This document shows, piece by piece, positions 48,642 through 58,202 of a stretch of DNA of 64,000 bases; the stretch's first letter is position 1, and every line of letters starts with the position of its first letter. Location of the stretch: NCBI GenBank assembly GCA_964407495.1, contig CAYOVP010000005.1:905-64904 (forward strand), written 5' to 3'. Both the position numbers and the translations under genes were made by a program. This DNA is from an uncultured Thermodesulfobacteriota bacterium (lineage in GTDB: Bacteria > Desulfobacterota > GWC2-55-46 > JADFVP01). The notes beneath the pieces are model-generated. The model was given only the letters and a program-made list of their open reading frames with translations, made no database searches and was not told the origin of the DNA.

Positions 48642-49379
48642 TTATCCTGTTTTCATTGCCTCTTCGGCCTCATGCGGCCCGTCCTCCTGGCCGAGCATGG
48701 CGAGTATGGCCCGGCGCGTCATATCCATGAGTTCCTCGTCTGTCCTTCCCCTCGTTGAGAAGGGCCTTCCTATGGAGATGGAGGCCTCTGACGGCGCTAT
48801 CATGAGCGAGCCCTTTTTCATGATGTCCTTTGTACCGGTGACGGCTATGGGTACTATCTCGACGCCGCTCTTTCTGGCCAGTATGAAGGCCCCTTTCTTG
48901 AATGGCAGGAGGCGGCCCGTGGTGCTCCTCGTGCCCTCGGGAAATACGACCACAGAGGTGCCGTTCTTTATCTTCTCTGCCGCCTGGAGAAGGTCCCTGA
49001 AGGCCTTCTTCCTGTTCTCCCGCTCAACGGCGATGTACCCTGCAAGGGTCATGGACCAACCAACTACAGGTATCCTGAAGAGGCTCTTTTTCGAGACCCA
49101 ACGGAACTGGAGCGGGAGGTACCCCTGGAGTACGGGGATATCAAAGGCGCCCTGGTGGTTGGATAGAAAAATCCTCGGCCTGCTGCCGGCGAGGTTTTCC
49201 ACACCCTTGACGCGCACCTTTACTCCCCCCAGTGCGAGGATTATCCTGCACCAGAGTGCGCCTATGGAGTGCACGTAACGGCCGCTCCTGTCTATGATGA
49301 GGGATAGGAGTATGACGAGGAAGAGAAGGGCTGTAACTGGAAGCCCTGCTGTCCAGACGAGGAATGTCCTTAAATACAT
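48642..49379 (-). CDS. plsC: 1-acyl-sn-glycerol-3-phosphate acyltransferase
   Basis: Acyltransferase motifs 'NHQGAFD' and 'FPEGTRS'. Confidence 0.8.
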   Translation of the reverse strand: MYLRTFLVWTAGLPVTALLFLVILLSLIIDRSGRYVHSIGALWCRIILALGGVKVRVKGVENLAGSRPRIFLSNHQGAFDIPVLQGYLPLQFRWVSKKSLFRIPVVGWSMTLAGYIAVERENRKKAFRDLLQAAEKIKNGTSVVVFPEGTRSTTGRLLPFKKGAFILARKSGVEIVPIAVTGTKDIMKKGSLMIAPSEASISIGRPFSTRGRTDEELMDMTRRAILAMLGQEDGPHEAEEAMKTG

Positions 49380-49511
49380 GATAAAATTCTACTTTTTTAG
49401 GGGATATAAGTCAATTCCTACTTTTACGCTCAAAGTGTCTTCTTGACATTGCATACCATGCTGGTAAATTAGAAGTACGCACAAAAAAAGAAAGCAGGGC
49501 AAAGAAAACCT

Positions 49512-49553
49512 CCCACTGTCTTTTGGGAAAAAGAAAGTGGGGCAAAGAAAACC
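49512..49553 (-). repeat. Intergenic palindromic repeat, copy 3 (reverse), with an adjacent partial copy at 49486-49510
   Basis: 'cactgtcttttgggaaaaagaaagtggggcaaagaaaacc', preceded by the partial 'aagaaagcagggcaaagaaaacc'. Confidence 0.7.
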
Positions 49554-49576
49554 AATATTTCAATAAGGAGCCTCAG

Positions 49577-49981
49577 ATGGCGGGAGTAAACAAGGTTATT
49601 CTCATTGGCAACCTTGGCGCAGACCCTGAGATAAGGTATACGCCAGGTGGGACGGCTGTAGCCAACTTCAGCCTTGCCACCACCGAGACCTACACGAACA
49701 AGGAAGGCGAGCGGGTGACAAAGACGGAGTGGCACAGGATAGTTGCCTTCAGGCGCCTTGCCGAGATCTGCGGGGAGTATCTCTCCAAGGGCAGGCAGGT
49801 CTACATTGAGGGCAAGATCCAGACCAGAAGTTGGGAAGATCGCGACGGGGTAAAGAAGTACACTACAGAGATAGTAGCCGACAACATGCAGATGCTCGGC
49901 ACGAGGGCCAGCCAGGGCGGCGGAGGCGAGCCTCCTGCGGGCGGCGCGCCGGGTTCAGACCTCGACGACGTGCCTTTTTAA
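49577..49981 (+). CDS. ssb: Single-stranded DNA-binding protein
   Basis: OB-fold '[21 protein letters not shown]', Gly-rich tail and C-terminal 'DDVPF'. AAGGAG RBS. Confidence 0.9.
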   Translation: MAGVNKVILIGNLGADPEIRYTPGGTAVANFSLATTETYTNKEGERVTKTEWHRIVAFRRLAEICGEYLSKGRQVYIEGKIQTRSWEDRDGVKKYTTEIVADNMQMLGTRASQGGGGEPPAGGAPGSDLDDVPF

Positions 49982-49994
49982 GAGGCGGTTTTTT

Positions 49995-50015
49995 CCAGCG
50001 GCCCCTGGCCGCTGG
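49995..50015 (+). terminator. Terminator hairpin after ssb
   Basis: 'ccagcggcccctggccgctgg' preceded by 'gcggtttttt' and followed by 'cattggtttt'. Confidence 0.5.
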
Positions 50016-50019
50016 CATT

Positions 50020-50064
50020 GGTTTTATTTGCCCCACTTTCTTTTTCCCAAAAGAAAGTGGAAGG
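50020..50064 (+). repeat. Intergenic palindromic repeat, copy 4
   Basis: 'ggttttatttgccccactttctttttcccaaaagaaagtggaagg'. Confidence 0.75.
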
Positions 50065-50114
50065 TTTTCGGTATGCGGCCTATGGCCGCTTCTTTCGCTT
50101 TTGTGTCTTTGGTC

Positions 50115-51131
50115 ATGAAGGATTCTCTCAGAAAGGCCGAGGTCATTGCCCCGGCGGGCAATCTCCGTTCATTGAAGGCTGCCATAGAGGCGGGTGCAGA
50201 TGCGGTGTATCTTGGTTTTCGAGATGCCACGAATGCGCGCAACTTCGAGGGTCTGAACTTTACGGATAAAGACCTTGCCGAGGGTATTGAAGTGGTGCGC
50301 ATGGCTGGGAGGAAGTTCTTTGTTGCCATAAACACCTTTCCTCAACTCGGAGATTTCACCACCTGGTACGGTGCAGTGGACAGGGCCGTGGAGATGGGTG
50401 CCGATGCCGTCATAATTGCCAACCTGGGCATACTCAGGTACGCGAGGGAAAGGTATCCGGACATCAATATTCACCTCAGCACTCAGGCCAGTGCCTCCAA
50501 TTACGAGAGTATAAATTTCTATGCCGAGCACTTTGGCATCCGGCGCGTCGTACTTCCGCGCGTGCTCACCATAGACGAAATAAAGGATATTGTGGCCCAT
50601 ACGGATGTGGAGGTAGAGGTATTTGCCCTTGGCGGGCTCTGCATAAACATCGAGGGAAGGTGTTATCTCTCGTCCTACGTGACAGGTGCCTCTACGAACA
50701 CAGAGGGCGCATGCTCGCCCTCGAGGTTCGTAAAGTTCAGGAGCGGGGACGGGGGCTCCATGACCATCTCGCTGAACGACGTACTCCTGAACCGCCTCGG
50801 CCACGGTGAGTCCTCTCCCTATCCCACCTGTTGCAAGGGTCGCTACCTCATGCCCAATGGGAGTCCTGTTTATGCCTTCGAGGAGCCTGAATCTCTCAAT
50901 ATACTGGAGATACTGCCGGGCCTCGTCGAGGCCGGGGTGAGTGCCTTCAAGATAGAGGGCCGTCAGAGGACGGGTGCCTATGTTGCGGCCATGACGGGCG
51001 TGATGCGTGAGGCCCTTGATTCCTATTATTCCTCGCCCGGAAGTTACAGCGTAAGGCCCGAGTGGCGTAATAAGACCCTCTCGTCCTTTGAGGGCTCGAA
51101 GGAGACAATTGGTTCGTACTTGGTGAAGTAG
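50115..51131 (+). CDS. Peptidase U32 family protein (YhbU/YegQ/TrhP-like)
   Basis: 'EVIAPAGNL', 'AGADAVYLG' and Cys-rich 'GLCINIEGRCYLSSY' typical of U32. Start chosen to match family N-termini. ATG at 50073 is an alternative. Confidence 0.7.
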   Translation: MKDSLRKAEVIAPAGNLRSLKAAIEAGADAVYLGFRDATNARNFEGLNFTDKDLAEGIEVVRMAGRKFFVAINTFPQLGDFTTWYGAVDRAVEMGADAVIIANLGILRYARERYPDINIHLSTQASASNYESINFYAEHFGIRRVVLPRVLTIDEIKDIVAHTDVEVEVFALGGLCINIEGRCYLSSYVTGASTNTEGACSPSRFVKFRSGDGGSMTISLNDVLLNRLGHGESSPYPTCCKGRYLMPNGSPVYAFEEPESLNILEILPGLVEAGVSAFKIEGRQRTGAYVAAMTGVMREALDSYYSSPGSYSVRPEWRNKTLSSFEGSKETIGSYLVK

Positions 51132-51335
51132 GGGGTCTTGTTCGAGCGCCTCTGCCTGCCCCCAGTAGACGTCAGGGCAGATGGTATGCCGTCACCCCGT
51201 CAAAGGGTCTCTCTCACCCATCTTCCGAAGCCTTGTACTGCCTTGGCAGTATGATGGTCATCTCCGTCTATTTAAATCCGTCATTGGCACGCGTCCTGGC
51301 CAGTTACTATCCGGGCATTTTACCTGCCCGCTGAT

Positions 51336-51364
51336 TTGACAACGGCCAGGCACGCTCCTACAAT
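51336..51364 (+). promoter_or_regulatory. Sigma70-type promoter for the FmdB-like gene
   Basis: TTGACA, 17-nt spacer, TACAAT, then an AAGGAGG RBS upstream of the ATG at 51407. Confidence 0.55.
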
Positions 51365-51406
51365 AGAGTTAGAGATCATAGCCATAAATGAAGGAGGTCT
51401 TTTTTT

Positions 51407-51676
51407 ATGCCCATATACGAGTACAGGTGTCCTGACTGCGAGAAGGTCTTCGAGGTCATACAGAAGTTCAAGGACGATGCAATAACCAAGTGCCGCTACT
51501 GTTCAGGCACGAACGTGGAGAAACTCATCTCGCGCTCCAGTTTTGTGCTCAAGGGCAGCGGGTGGTACAAGACTGATTATGCCCGCAAGACATCCTCTAC
51601 GCCGCAGACCTCGTCCACCTCGGACTCCGCGCCCCCGTCGTGCGCTGGTTGTCCTTCGGCCAAGAAGGCGCAATGA
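51407..51676 (+). CDS. FmdB-family zinc-ribbon protein
   Basis: 'MPIYEYRCPDCEKVFE' plus a second CxxC pair ('KCRYCSG'). 89 aa. Confidence 0.7.
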   Translation: MPIYEYRCPDCEKVFEVIQKFKDDAITKCRYCSGTNVEKLISRSSFVLKGSGWYKTDYARKTSSTPQTSSTSDSAPPSCAGCPSAKKAQ

Positions 51677-51726
51677 ACCTCTGCGAGTTTGCCATTCCTA
51701 CTCCTTCGAGCCAGAGGCGGACCTGA

Positions 51727-52527
51727 ATGGAAATCCGTAAGGTTGCAATAGAGGCGGCCCTCGAGGCCGGCGCCCTCCTCAAGGGCCGTCTTGGTCATGC
51801 CGGCAGGGTTGACTTCAAGGGCGAGGTGGACATTGTCACGGAGATGGACCGAAGGTCCGAGGGACTCATCGTGGAGAGGATCAGGCGCGAGTTCCCGGGC
51901 CACGGCATCATTGCCGAGGAGAGTGACGAGCGCAAGGCAGCGAGCGGATACCGATGGATAATCGACCCCCTTGACGGCACCACCAACTACTCGCACGGCT
52001 TTCCCGTCTTCTGCGTCTCCATTGGTTTCGAGGCAGAGGGCGAGGTTATCCTCGGTGTTGTGTACAACCCCATGCTCGACGAACTCTTTGTGGCCGAGAA
52101 GGGGCGCGGTGCTCTCTTGAACAACGCACCGATCTCAGTATCGAGGACGGCCTCCCTCGGACGCAGCCTCCTTGCCACGGGTTTTCCCTATGATCTTCGC
52201 ACTGCCAGTGCAAACAACTTCGACCTCTTCAGGAACTTCTCTCTCCGGGCCCAGGCCATAAGGCGTGCCGGCTCGGCGGCTCTCGATCTCTGCTATGTGG
52301 CCTCTGGCCGCTTCGACGGGTTCTGGGAGATGAAACTCTCGGCCTGGGACACTGCCGCAGGCACGCTCATGGTGACCGAGGCCGGGGGTCGTGTCACGGA
52401 TTTTGACGGAGGCCTGTACTCCAACTTCAAGCCCCGGTGTCTGGCCTCGAACGGTCTCATCCACGAAGAGATGATGGAGGTCCTTGGTACTGGGCGCTGG
52501 TGCTCTGTTCGCAAAGGGGACGGCTGA
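51727..52527 (+). CDS. suhB: Inositol monophosphatase family protein (SuhB/IMPase)
   Basis: 'WIIDPLDGTTNY' and 'WDTAAG' motifs. Confidence 0.85.
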   Translation: MEIRKVAIEAALEAGALLKGRLGHAGRVDFKGEVDIVTEMDRRSEGLIVERIRREFPGHGIIAEESDERKAASGYRWIIDPLDGTTNYSHGFPVFCVSIGFEAEGEVILGVVYNPMLDELFVAEKGRGALLNNAPISVSRTASLGRSLLATGFPYDLRTASANNFDLFRNFSLRAQAIRRAGSAALDLCYVASGRFDGFWEMKLSAWDTAAGTLMVTEAGGRVTDFDGGLYSNFKPRCLASNGLIHEEMMEVLGTGRWCSVRKGDG

Positions 52528-52588
52528 GTACCACGGACCCCGAGGCAGTAAAGGACGCGGTGTTTGCGTGGATACGGGGATATAACAA

Positions 52589-52692
52589 CAATTGCATATA
52601 TGACGAATTGTTTTCTGAACAATCTCCATAAAAGGTACATTCCGCGACCTTTTTCGCGAGAAGGCGCAACGTTCGTTTGCATATATAACGAA
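52589..52692 (+). promoter_or_regulatory. AT-rich island with two copies of a 15-mer, each inside a short palindrome
   Basis: 'CAATTgcatatatgacgAATTG' (52589-52610) and 'TTCGTTtgcatatatAACGAA' (52672-52692). The 15-mer core is tgcatatat[g/a]acgaa. Upstream of the holin-like gene. Confidence 0.3.
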
Positions 52693-52825
52693 ATAGTAAT
52701 AATAAAAGGTACTTACGTCCAGGTTCTTACCCCTAAACGGTAAGGAGTTGCCTCAAATGACCATGTTTTACTTCTCAAGGCGAATCCGCGTCTTCAGGGA
52801 TTCATACCCAGAAAAGGACGGACTA

Positions 52826-53164
52826 ATGAAAAACCTCGTACTCCGCCTTGCCATACTCGCAGTAGGCATAGCCCTTGCCGTGTACATCGTGCCTGGCATG
52901 GAATCCGTCGGATACGGCCCTGTCATAGAGGCGGCCATTGTCCTCGGCGTCCTTAACCTCGTCATAAAGCCCGTCCTCTTCATCCTCACCCTGCCCATCA
53001 ATATCCTGAGCCTCGGGCTCTTCACCTTCATACTCAACGGCATACTCCTGCTCATCGTGGGCGCGCTCGTGCCTGGCCTCGATGTGCAGGGCCTTGGAGT
53101 GGCCATACTCGGCTCCATAGTCATAAGCCTCTTCAGCATGGTGGCGGGCTGGCTCGTAAAGTAA
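52826..53164 (+). CDS. Small 4-TM membrane protein, phage-holin-4-like family
   Basis: 112 aa with four hydrophobic helices. AGGACGG RBS. Confidence 0.5.
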   Translation: MKNLVLRLAILAVGIALAVYIVPGMESVGYGPVIEAAIVLGVLNLVIKPVLFILTLPINILSLGLFTFILNGILLLIVGALVPGLDVQGLGVAILGSIVISLFSMVAGWLVK

Positions 53165-53223
53165 GAGGCAGGAGAAAGAAAGGGAAAGGAAAGAAGCAGC
53201 ACTCGAATGCATATTGAGATATT

Positions 53224-53264
53224 GCGCTTTCTTTTGGGAAAAAGAAAGTGCCCAAAGAAAAACC
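53224..53264 (-). repeat. Intergenic palindromic repeat, copy 5 (reverse)
   Basis: 'gcgctttcttttgggaaaaagaaagtgcccaaagaaaaacc'. Confidence 0.75.
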
Positions 53265-53358
53265 GGTTCCATCGGCCCTTCGGGCCGGTGGAGGGTTCGC
53301 AGGCGTTGATAACCGCGAGCCTGTAAGACTATCATTCAATCAAGAAAAGGAGGGTTCC

Positions 53359-53877
53359 ATGGGGGCGTCTGGTCCGGGGCCGGAGAGAACAAAAATACTG
53401 AATTCAGAACTTGCCGATTCGGCCATAGGTGGCGACACGAAGAGAGTGGAGGAACTTCTCGCCGAGGGCGCTGACGTAGACGCTAAAAACGATTACGGAC
53501 TTACGCCCCTTATATTCGCCTCCATACAGGGCCATCCCGATGTTGTGGCGGTTCTCCTCGAGAGAGGCGCCGAAGTTAACGTCAACTCCCCGGAAGGGAT
53601 CACCCCTCTCATAGCCGCCTCAGCGGGCGGCCACCTGAGCGTAGTCAGGCAACTTCTCGACAAGGGCGCTGACGTGAACGCAAGAGCTCAGGGGGGCGTG
53701 ACGGCGCTTATCTTCGCCTCTGGCGGAGGGCACTCCAAGGTGGTGGAGGCGCTCCTTGAAAAAGGCGCCGACGTGAACGCCGAGACAAAGACAGGCGAGA
53801 CTGCCCTGGTCTTCGCATCAAGAGGGGTACACTCCGGAACAGTGGCGCTCCTCAAGAAACACGGGGCCTCTGAATAG
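53359..53877 (+). CDS. Ankyrin-repeat protein
   Basis: Four to five ANK units ('G.TPLI.AS..GH..VV..LL..GADVN'). AAGGAGGG RBS. Confidence 0.75.
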   Translation: MGASGPGPERTKILNSELADSAIGGDTKRVEELLAEGADVDAKNDYGLTPLIFASIQGHPDVVAVLLERGAEVNVNSPEGITPLIAASAGGHLSVVRQLLDKGADVNARAQGGVTALIFASGGGHSKVVEALLEKGADVNAETKTGETALVFASRGVHSGTVALLKKHGASE

Positions 53878-53940
53878 GCTGGCCTGCGGTAGTCAAAGGG
53901 CCTTGCCCCGCTCTGTACCCGGTGTGGAACGAGACCCGGC

Positions 53941-54318
53941 TCAGCCGCTGTAATGGGCGTATACGCGGGCTATCTTGCCGCGCTCATCGAGATACATGAA
54001 CTCGCCTGCCCGCACGTTGTTCTGGTTGGTATAAAAGAGCACGATGCTCCTCAGTCCGCACATTACATCCTGCAGTCGAAACTCGAGGTCCGGGTAGGCC
54101 TCGAGCCCCTTCTGAAAGTACTCCCTCAGGGCCTCCATGCCCCTCACCTCCCCGTTACCGAGAAGCCTCTCTGCTATGGGCGAAATAAGGACCACTGACT
54201 CGGAGTAATGAGATAAGATTTTTTCGATATCATGTGCGTTCCAGGCCTCGGTCCAGTCTTTCGCAAACTTCAGGGCGTCATCTCTTGAGAGCACCTCTCT
54301 AAGTCCTCCTTCTGGCAT
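53941..54318 (-). CDS. NTF2/SnoaL-like small protein
   Basis: Alpha+beta cone-like pattern with 'WNAHDIEKILSHYSESVVL'. The ORF track start (54408) is a TTG and the first ATG is used here. Confidence 0.4.
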   Translation of the reverse strand: MPEGGLREVLSRDDALKFAKDWTEAWNAHDIEKILSHYSESVVLISPIAERLLGNGEVRGMEALREYFQKGLEAYPDLEFRLQDVMCGLRSIVLFYTNQNNVRAGEFMYLDERGKIARVYAHYSG

Positions 54319-54460
54319 TGAATAGAGAAAAGCCTCTCTTAAGCGTTGCTCCGCAAGGCCCCGTGGCCTTGCGTTGGCCTGCCCCAGATTGGCGCCAGGG
54401 CCTGGCAAACGCCACCGATCATGTCCCCACCCGTAGACTGCTCGCCCTCGCCCTCCCCCC

Positions 54461-55828
54461 TCAGGCGCTCTCTATGAATATGAGGTTCGGGTCTTCGAGG
54501 TACTCCTTTACACGCTTGAGAAAGGTCGAGGCCTCTACTCCGTCCACCACCCTGTGGTCAAAGGTGAGCGAGAGGGGGAGTATCATGCGCGGCACCACCT
54601 TGCCTTCAAATATCCATGGCCGCTCGGTAATACGGCCCGTGCCGAGTATGGCTATGTCCGGGTAGTTGATTATGGGGGTGGCGTATCTCCCGCCAAAGGC
54701 GCCGTAGTTGGTTATGGTGAAGGTAGAGCCCTTGAGTTCACCAAGGGTTATCTTTCGCTCGCGGGCCCTTTTGCTCAGTTCCTGGAGTTCCTCTGCTATC
54801 TCCAGTATGGTCTTCTTCTCCACATCGCGCAAGACCGCCACCATGAGCCCATCGGGCGTATCCACTGCAACGCCAACATTGAAATATTTCTTGATGATTA
54901 TCTCTCCGCGCTCCTCGTCCACAGAGCCGTTGAGGAGCGGATGGCTCTCTATGGCATGGCGCACGGCCTTCATGAAAAAGGGAAGAAAGGTAAGGTTGAT
55001 GCCCTTTTTGGCGGCAGCCTCTTTCTCGTGGTTACGGAGGTTCCAGAGGTCTGTCACGTCGGCGTCGTCCATGCCCGTTACAGAGGCCGTGTTCCTCTGC
55101 GAGGCCATGAGGTTACGCGAGATGCTCTTTCTTATGCCGCGAAATGGGATGCGCTCCACAGGGCCCCAGGGGTCGCGGTCTTCGCCCGCGGGCGGCGGTG
55201 CGGGTGGTGCGTGGTGCGGCGCCGGTGGCGGTGGAGGCGCATGGTGAGGCAGGGGTGGAACCGGCCTTGCCCCCTGCGGTGGAACGGCGGCTTTCCCAGG
55301 GGCAGGCGCCCCTCCGGCGGCCAGCACATCGGCCTCGGTGATGATGCCGCCCGGGCCCGTGCCCGTAATCTTGGAGATATCAATACCCCTCTCCCGTGCC
55401 AGGGCCCGCGCCTTTGGCGCGGCGAGGACACCTATTGAGGGGGGCAACTTACCGACAACAGATGCAGCCTCTTCTTCCTCTTCATCCTCATGGGCGGGCG
55501 CGGCCTTCGGGGCCGGCGCAGTCGGCGCTTCAACTCTCGACTCCGGTCTGGCGGCCGCCTCCTCTGCCACGGCGCCCTCGGCCTCTTCACCGCCCGTCTC
55601 TATGGTAAGAAGGACCTCGCCAACGAGAACGGTATCGCCCTCTGCCTTGTTGAGTTTCAGAACCTTACCCTTCTTTGGCGAGGGGACCTCTACAATGGCC
55701 TTGTCCGTCTCCACCTCGAGGATCACCTGGTGCTCCTCCACAAGGTCGCCCTCACGAACATGCCACTTTACGACCTCGCCCTCCTTTATGCCCTCGCCAA
55801 GGTCAGGTAACTTGAAATCAAAAGGCAT
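54461..55828 (-). CDS. Dihydrolipoamide acyltransferase (E2) of a 2-oxoacid dehydrogenase complex
   Basis: Lipoyl domain 'ETDKAIVEVPSP', Pro/Ala-rich linkers, E3-binding domain, catalytic 'DHRVVDG'. AAGGAGG RBS. Confidence 0.9.
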   Translation of the reverse strand: MPFDFKLPDLGEGIKEGEVVKWHVREGDLVEEHQVILEVETDKAIVEVPSPKKGKVLKLNKAEGDTVLVGEVLLTIETGGEEAEGAVAEEAAARPESRVEAPTAPAPKAAPAHEDEEEEEAASVVGKLPPSIGVLAAPKARALARERGIDISKITGTGPGGIITEADVLAAGGAPAPGKAAVPPQGARPVPPLPHHAPPPPPAPHHAPPAPPPAGEDRDPWGPVERIPFRGIRKSISRNLMASQRNTASVTGMDDADVTDLWNLRNHEKEAAAKKGINLTFLPFFMKAVRHAIESHPLLNGSVDEERGEIIIKKYFNVGVAVDTPDGLMVAVLRDVEKKTILEIAEELQELSKRARERKITLGELKGSTFTITNYGAFGGRYATPIINYPDIAILGTGRITERPWIFEGKVVPRMILPLSLTFDHRVVDGVEASTFLKRVKEYLEDPNLIFIESA

Positions 55829-55873
55829 GAGAGACCTCCTTATTTGAAAGAAAGAAGAAAAAAACAAAAGATT

Positions 55874-55916
55874 TCCTTACTTTCTTTTGGAAAAAAGAAA
55901 GTAAGACAAAGAAAAC
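55874..55916 (-). repeat. Intergenic palindromic repeat, copy 6 (reverse)
   Basis: 'ccttactttcttttggaaaaaagaaagtaagacaaagaaaacc'. Confidence 0.75.
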
Positions 55917-55938
55917 CAATAATTAGAAGTTGATCTTT

Positions 55939-55963
55939 TCCAAGCCGCGCGAAGCGCGGCTTG
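55939..55963. other. Perfect 10-bp-stem hairpin between two convergent repeat copies
   Basis: 'ccaagccgcg cgaag cgcggcttgg' between E1beta and E2. Confidence 0.6.
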
Positions 55964-55967
55964 GCAT

Positions 55968-56006
55968 CAGTTTTCTTTGCCAGGCTTTCTTTTTCAAAAG
56001 AAAGCC
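55968..56006 (+). repeat. Intergenic palindromic repeat, copy 7
   Basis: 'agttttctttgccaggctttctttttcaaaagaaagccg'. Confidence 0.65.
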
Positions 56007-56028
56007 GAAATTATCCTATTAATTTCTC

Positions 56029-56994
56029 TCAGTACTTCATTACCTCTTCGAGGGCACTGCGTATTCTCTCTACCCCTGGCATGTACTCGTCCTCGAGTCT
56101 TGCCATGGGCATTACGGCCTCAGGTCCGGCCACCCTAACAACAGGGGCCTTCAGAGAGAAGATCGCCTCCTCGGAGACAAGGGCCGATATCTCGGCGCCG
56201 AGGCCGCAGTTCTTGGTGGCCTCGTGCACTATTACGAGGCGGCCTGTCTTGCGGACCGATTCAAGGATGGTCTCCTCGTCAAAGGGTTTCAGGGTCATGA
56301 GGTCTATTATCTCGGCGTCAAGGCCCTCTGCCGCGGCCATGGCCCTGTGCAGCATTGCGCCCCAGGCGACAACCGTCACTTCAGCCCCTTCCTGTAGAAC
56401 CGCGGCCTTCCCAAGGGGCACGGTGTACTCCTCTTCTGGCACGGGCGTCCTTATGGCGCGGTAGATGCTCGCAGGCTCCATGAAGAGCACGGGATCGTCG
56501 TCACGGATGGCCGAGATGAGAAGGCCCTTGGCATTGTATGGCGTGGATGGGACCACCACCTTGAGGCCGGGCATATGGCAATACACGGCCTCTGAGGACT
56601 CGCTGTGGAGTTCCGGGGCCTTTATGCCGATGCCGTAGGGTGTACGTATGACAAGGGGGCAGGTAAAGCGTCCGCGCGAGCGCGAGCGTATGCGTGTTGC
56701 ATGTGAGAAGATCTGCTCGAAGGCCCCGTAGGTAAAGCCCATGAACTGGATCTCTGCAACAGGCCTGAGGCCGTAGACAGCCATGCCAATGGCCGTACCA
56801 ACGATTGCGAGTTCGGCCAGCGGCGTATCCATGACGCGCTCTGGCCCGAATTTTTCAAGAAGGCCTTCTGTTGCGCGAAAGACCCCGCCGTCTACGCCCA
56901 CGTCCTCACCAAGGACCACGACGTTGGTGTTGCGCTCCATCTCCTCTGCAAGGGCCCGGTTCACGGCCTGTACTATGGTCAGTCCCTTTCCCAT
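56029..56994 (-). CDS. 2-oxoacid dehydrogenase E1 component beta subunit
   Basis: Transketolase-like pyrimidine-binding and C-terminal domains. 321 aa. Overlaps E1alpha by 16 nt. Confidence 0.9.
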   Translation of the reverse strand: MGKGLTIVQAVNRALAEEMERNTNVVVLGEDVGVDGGVFRATEGLLEKFGPERVMDTPLAELAIVGTAIGMAVYGLRPVAEIQFMGFTYGAFEQIFSHATRIRSRSRGRFTCPLVIRTPYGIGIKAPELHSESSEAVYCHMPGLKVVVPSTPYNAKGLLISAIRDDDPVLFMEPASIYRAIRTPVPEEEYTVPLGKAAVLQEGAEVTVVAWGAMLHRAMAAAEGLDAEIIDLMTLKPFDEETILESVRKTGRLVIVHEATKNCGLGAEISALVSEEAIFSLKAPVVRVAGPEAVMPMARLEDEYMPGVERIRSALEEVMKY

Positions 56995-58049
56995 CCCAGG
57001 GCCTTCAGTTCCTTTCTCTGTCTCCTGCTGAGTTCACTCGATGTATATCTGATGATCTCCGCCGGCTCTGGCGCTCCAAAGGCCTCGGCCTCTTCTACGG
57101 CAGACTTTATCTCGGCCTCCACCCCGGCCTTGATCTCCTTCTCAATCTCTTCTGTGAGGATGCCCCTCTGGCGGAGGAACTTCGTGTATCTCTTCAGGGG
57201 CTCCCGTGCCTCCCACTTCTTTACCTCTTCCTCTGTCCTGTAACGCGACGAGTCGTCGGCTGTGGTGTGGTCGTCGAGGCGGTAGGTATAGCACTCTATG
57301 AGAGTGGCGCCCATGCCTGCGCGGGCGCGCTCCACTGCCTCTGCTGTTGTCTTGTACACGGCAAGGACGTCGTTTCCGTCTACCTGTATACCAGGGATGC
57401 CGTAGCCCGCGGCCCTCTGCGCTATGGTCTCTGCGGCTGTCTGGCGAGAGCGCGGCAGGGAGATTGCCCACTGGTTGTTCTGGCAGATGAAGACCACCGG
57501 GGCCTTGAAGACACCGGCAAAGTTGAGGCCCTCGTGAAAGTCGCCCCTCGATGAGCCGCCGTCGCCAAAATAGGTGACTGCAACGCTTCTCTCACCCTTT
57601 ATCTTCATGGCCATTGCAGTGCCAACGGCATGGGTTATCTGGCTCCCCACGGGAACGCTCATGGGAAAGATGTTCTGCCCAGGGGGGGCCTTCATTCCCC
57701 GCTCGTCGCCCATCCAGTAACGGTACATGAGCCAGGCCGGGTATCCTCGCGTAAGGAAGACACCTGTCTCTCGAAAGGATGGGAAGATCCAATCTTCCTC
57801 TGAGAGGGCCAGGGCCGAGCCTGTCTCGCTGGCCTCCTGGCCAAGTATAGAGGCATAGGTGCCTATGCGTCCCTCTCGCTGTAGGTCCAGGGCCATGTGG
57901 TTGAAGGCCCGTGAAAAGACCATGGCCCTGTACGCGCGAAGGAGGTCCTCGTCGGAGAGGGGCGGGAGAAGGGCCTCGTCGAGAGCCCCTGTCTCGTCTA
58001 ATACCTGGAGATAATCCACCCCAAAGGTCTTTAATGTTTTTTCAGGCAT
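56979..58049 (-). CDS. 2-oxoacid dehydrogenase E1 component alpha subunit (TPP-dependent)
   Basis: TPP-binding motif 'YFGDGGSSRGDFHEGLNFAGV' and phosphorylation-loop-like 'YRLDDHTTADD'. Confidence 0.85.
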   Translation of the reverse strand: MPEKTLKTFGVDYLQVLDETGALDEALLPPLSDEDLLRAYRAMVFSRAFNHMALDLQREGRIGTYASILGQEASETGSALALSEEDWIFPSFRETGVFLTRGYPAWLMYRYWMGDERGMKAPPGQNIFPMSVPVGSQITHAVGTAMAMKIKGERSVAVTYFGDGGSSRGDFHEGLNFAGVFKAPVVFICQNNQWAISLPRSRQTAAETIAQRAAGYGIPGIQVDGNDVLAVYKTTAEAVERARAGMGATLIECYTYRLDDHTTADDSSRYRTEEEVKKWEAREPLKRYTKFLRQRGILTEEIEKEIKAGVEAEIKSAVEEAEAFGAPEPAEIIRYTSSELSRRQRKELKALGWERD

Positions 58050-58202
58050 GTGGAGAGTTTAGCATTGCTTTGCAAGGGCGTCAAGCAGGGCCGGAAGCAC
58101 ATCCTTCTATTTTTTCTTTGACTTGCTCTCGGCTTCCGAGGCAGGGAGTCACTTGCTGGGGAAGGGCCTGCCAGGGGCGTACTTGGACTGCAAAGAGAAT
58201 CA

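Noticed and set aside
53161-53215. Possible SRP (4.5S) RNA because of 'ggaaaggaaagaagcagc'
   Set aside because: Lacks the flanking conserved domain-IV helix sequences. The resemblance is limited to a purine-rich stretch.
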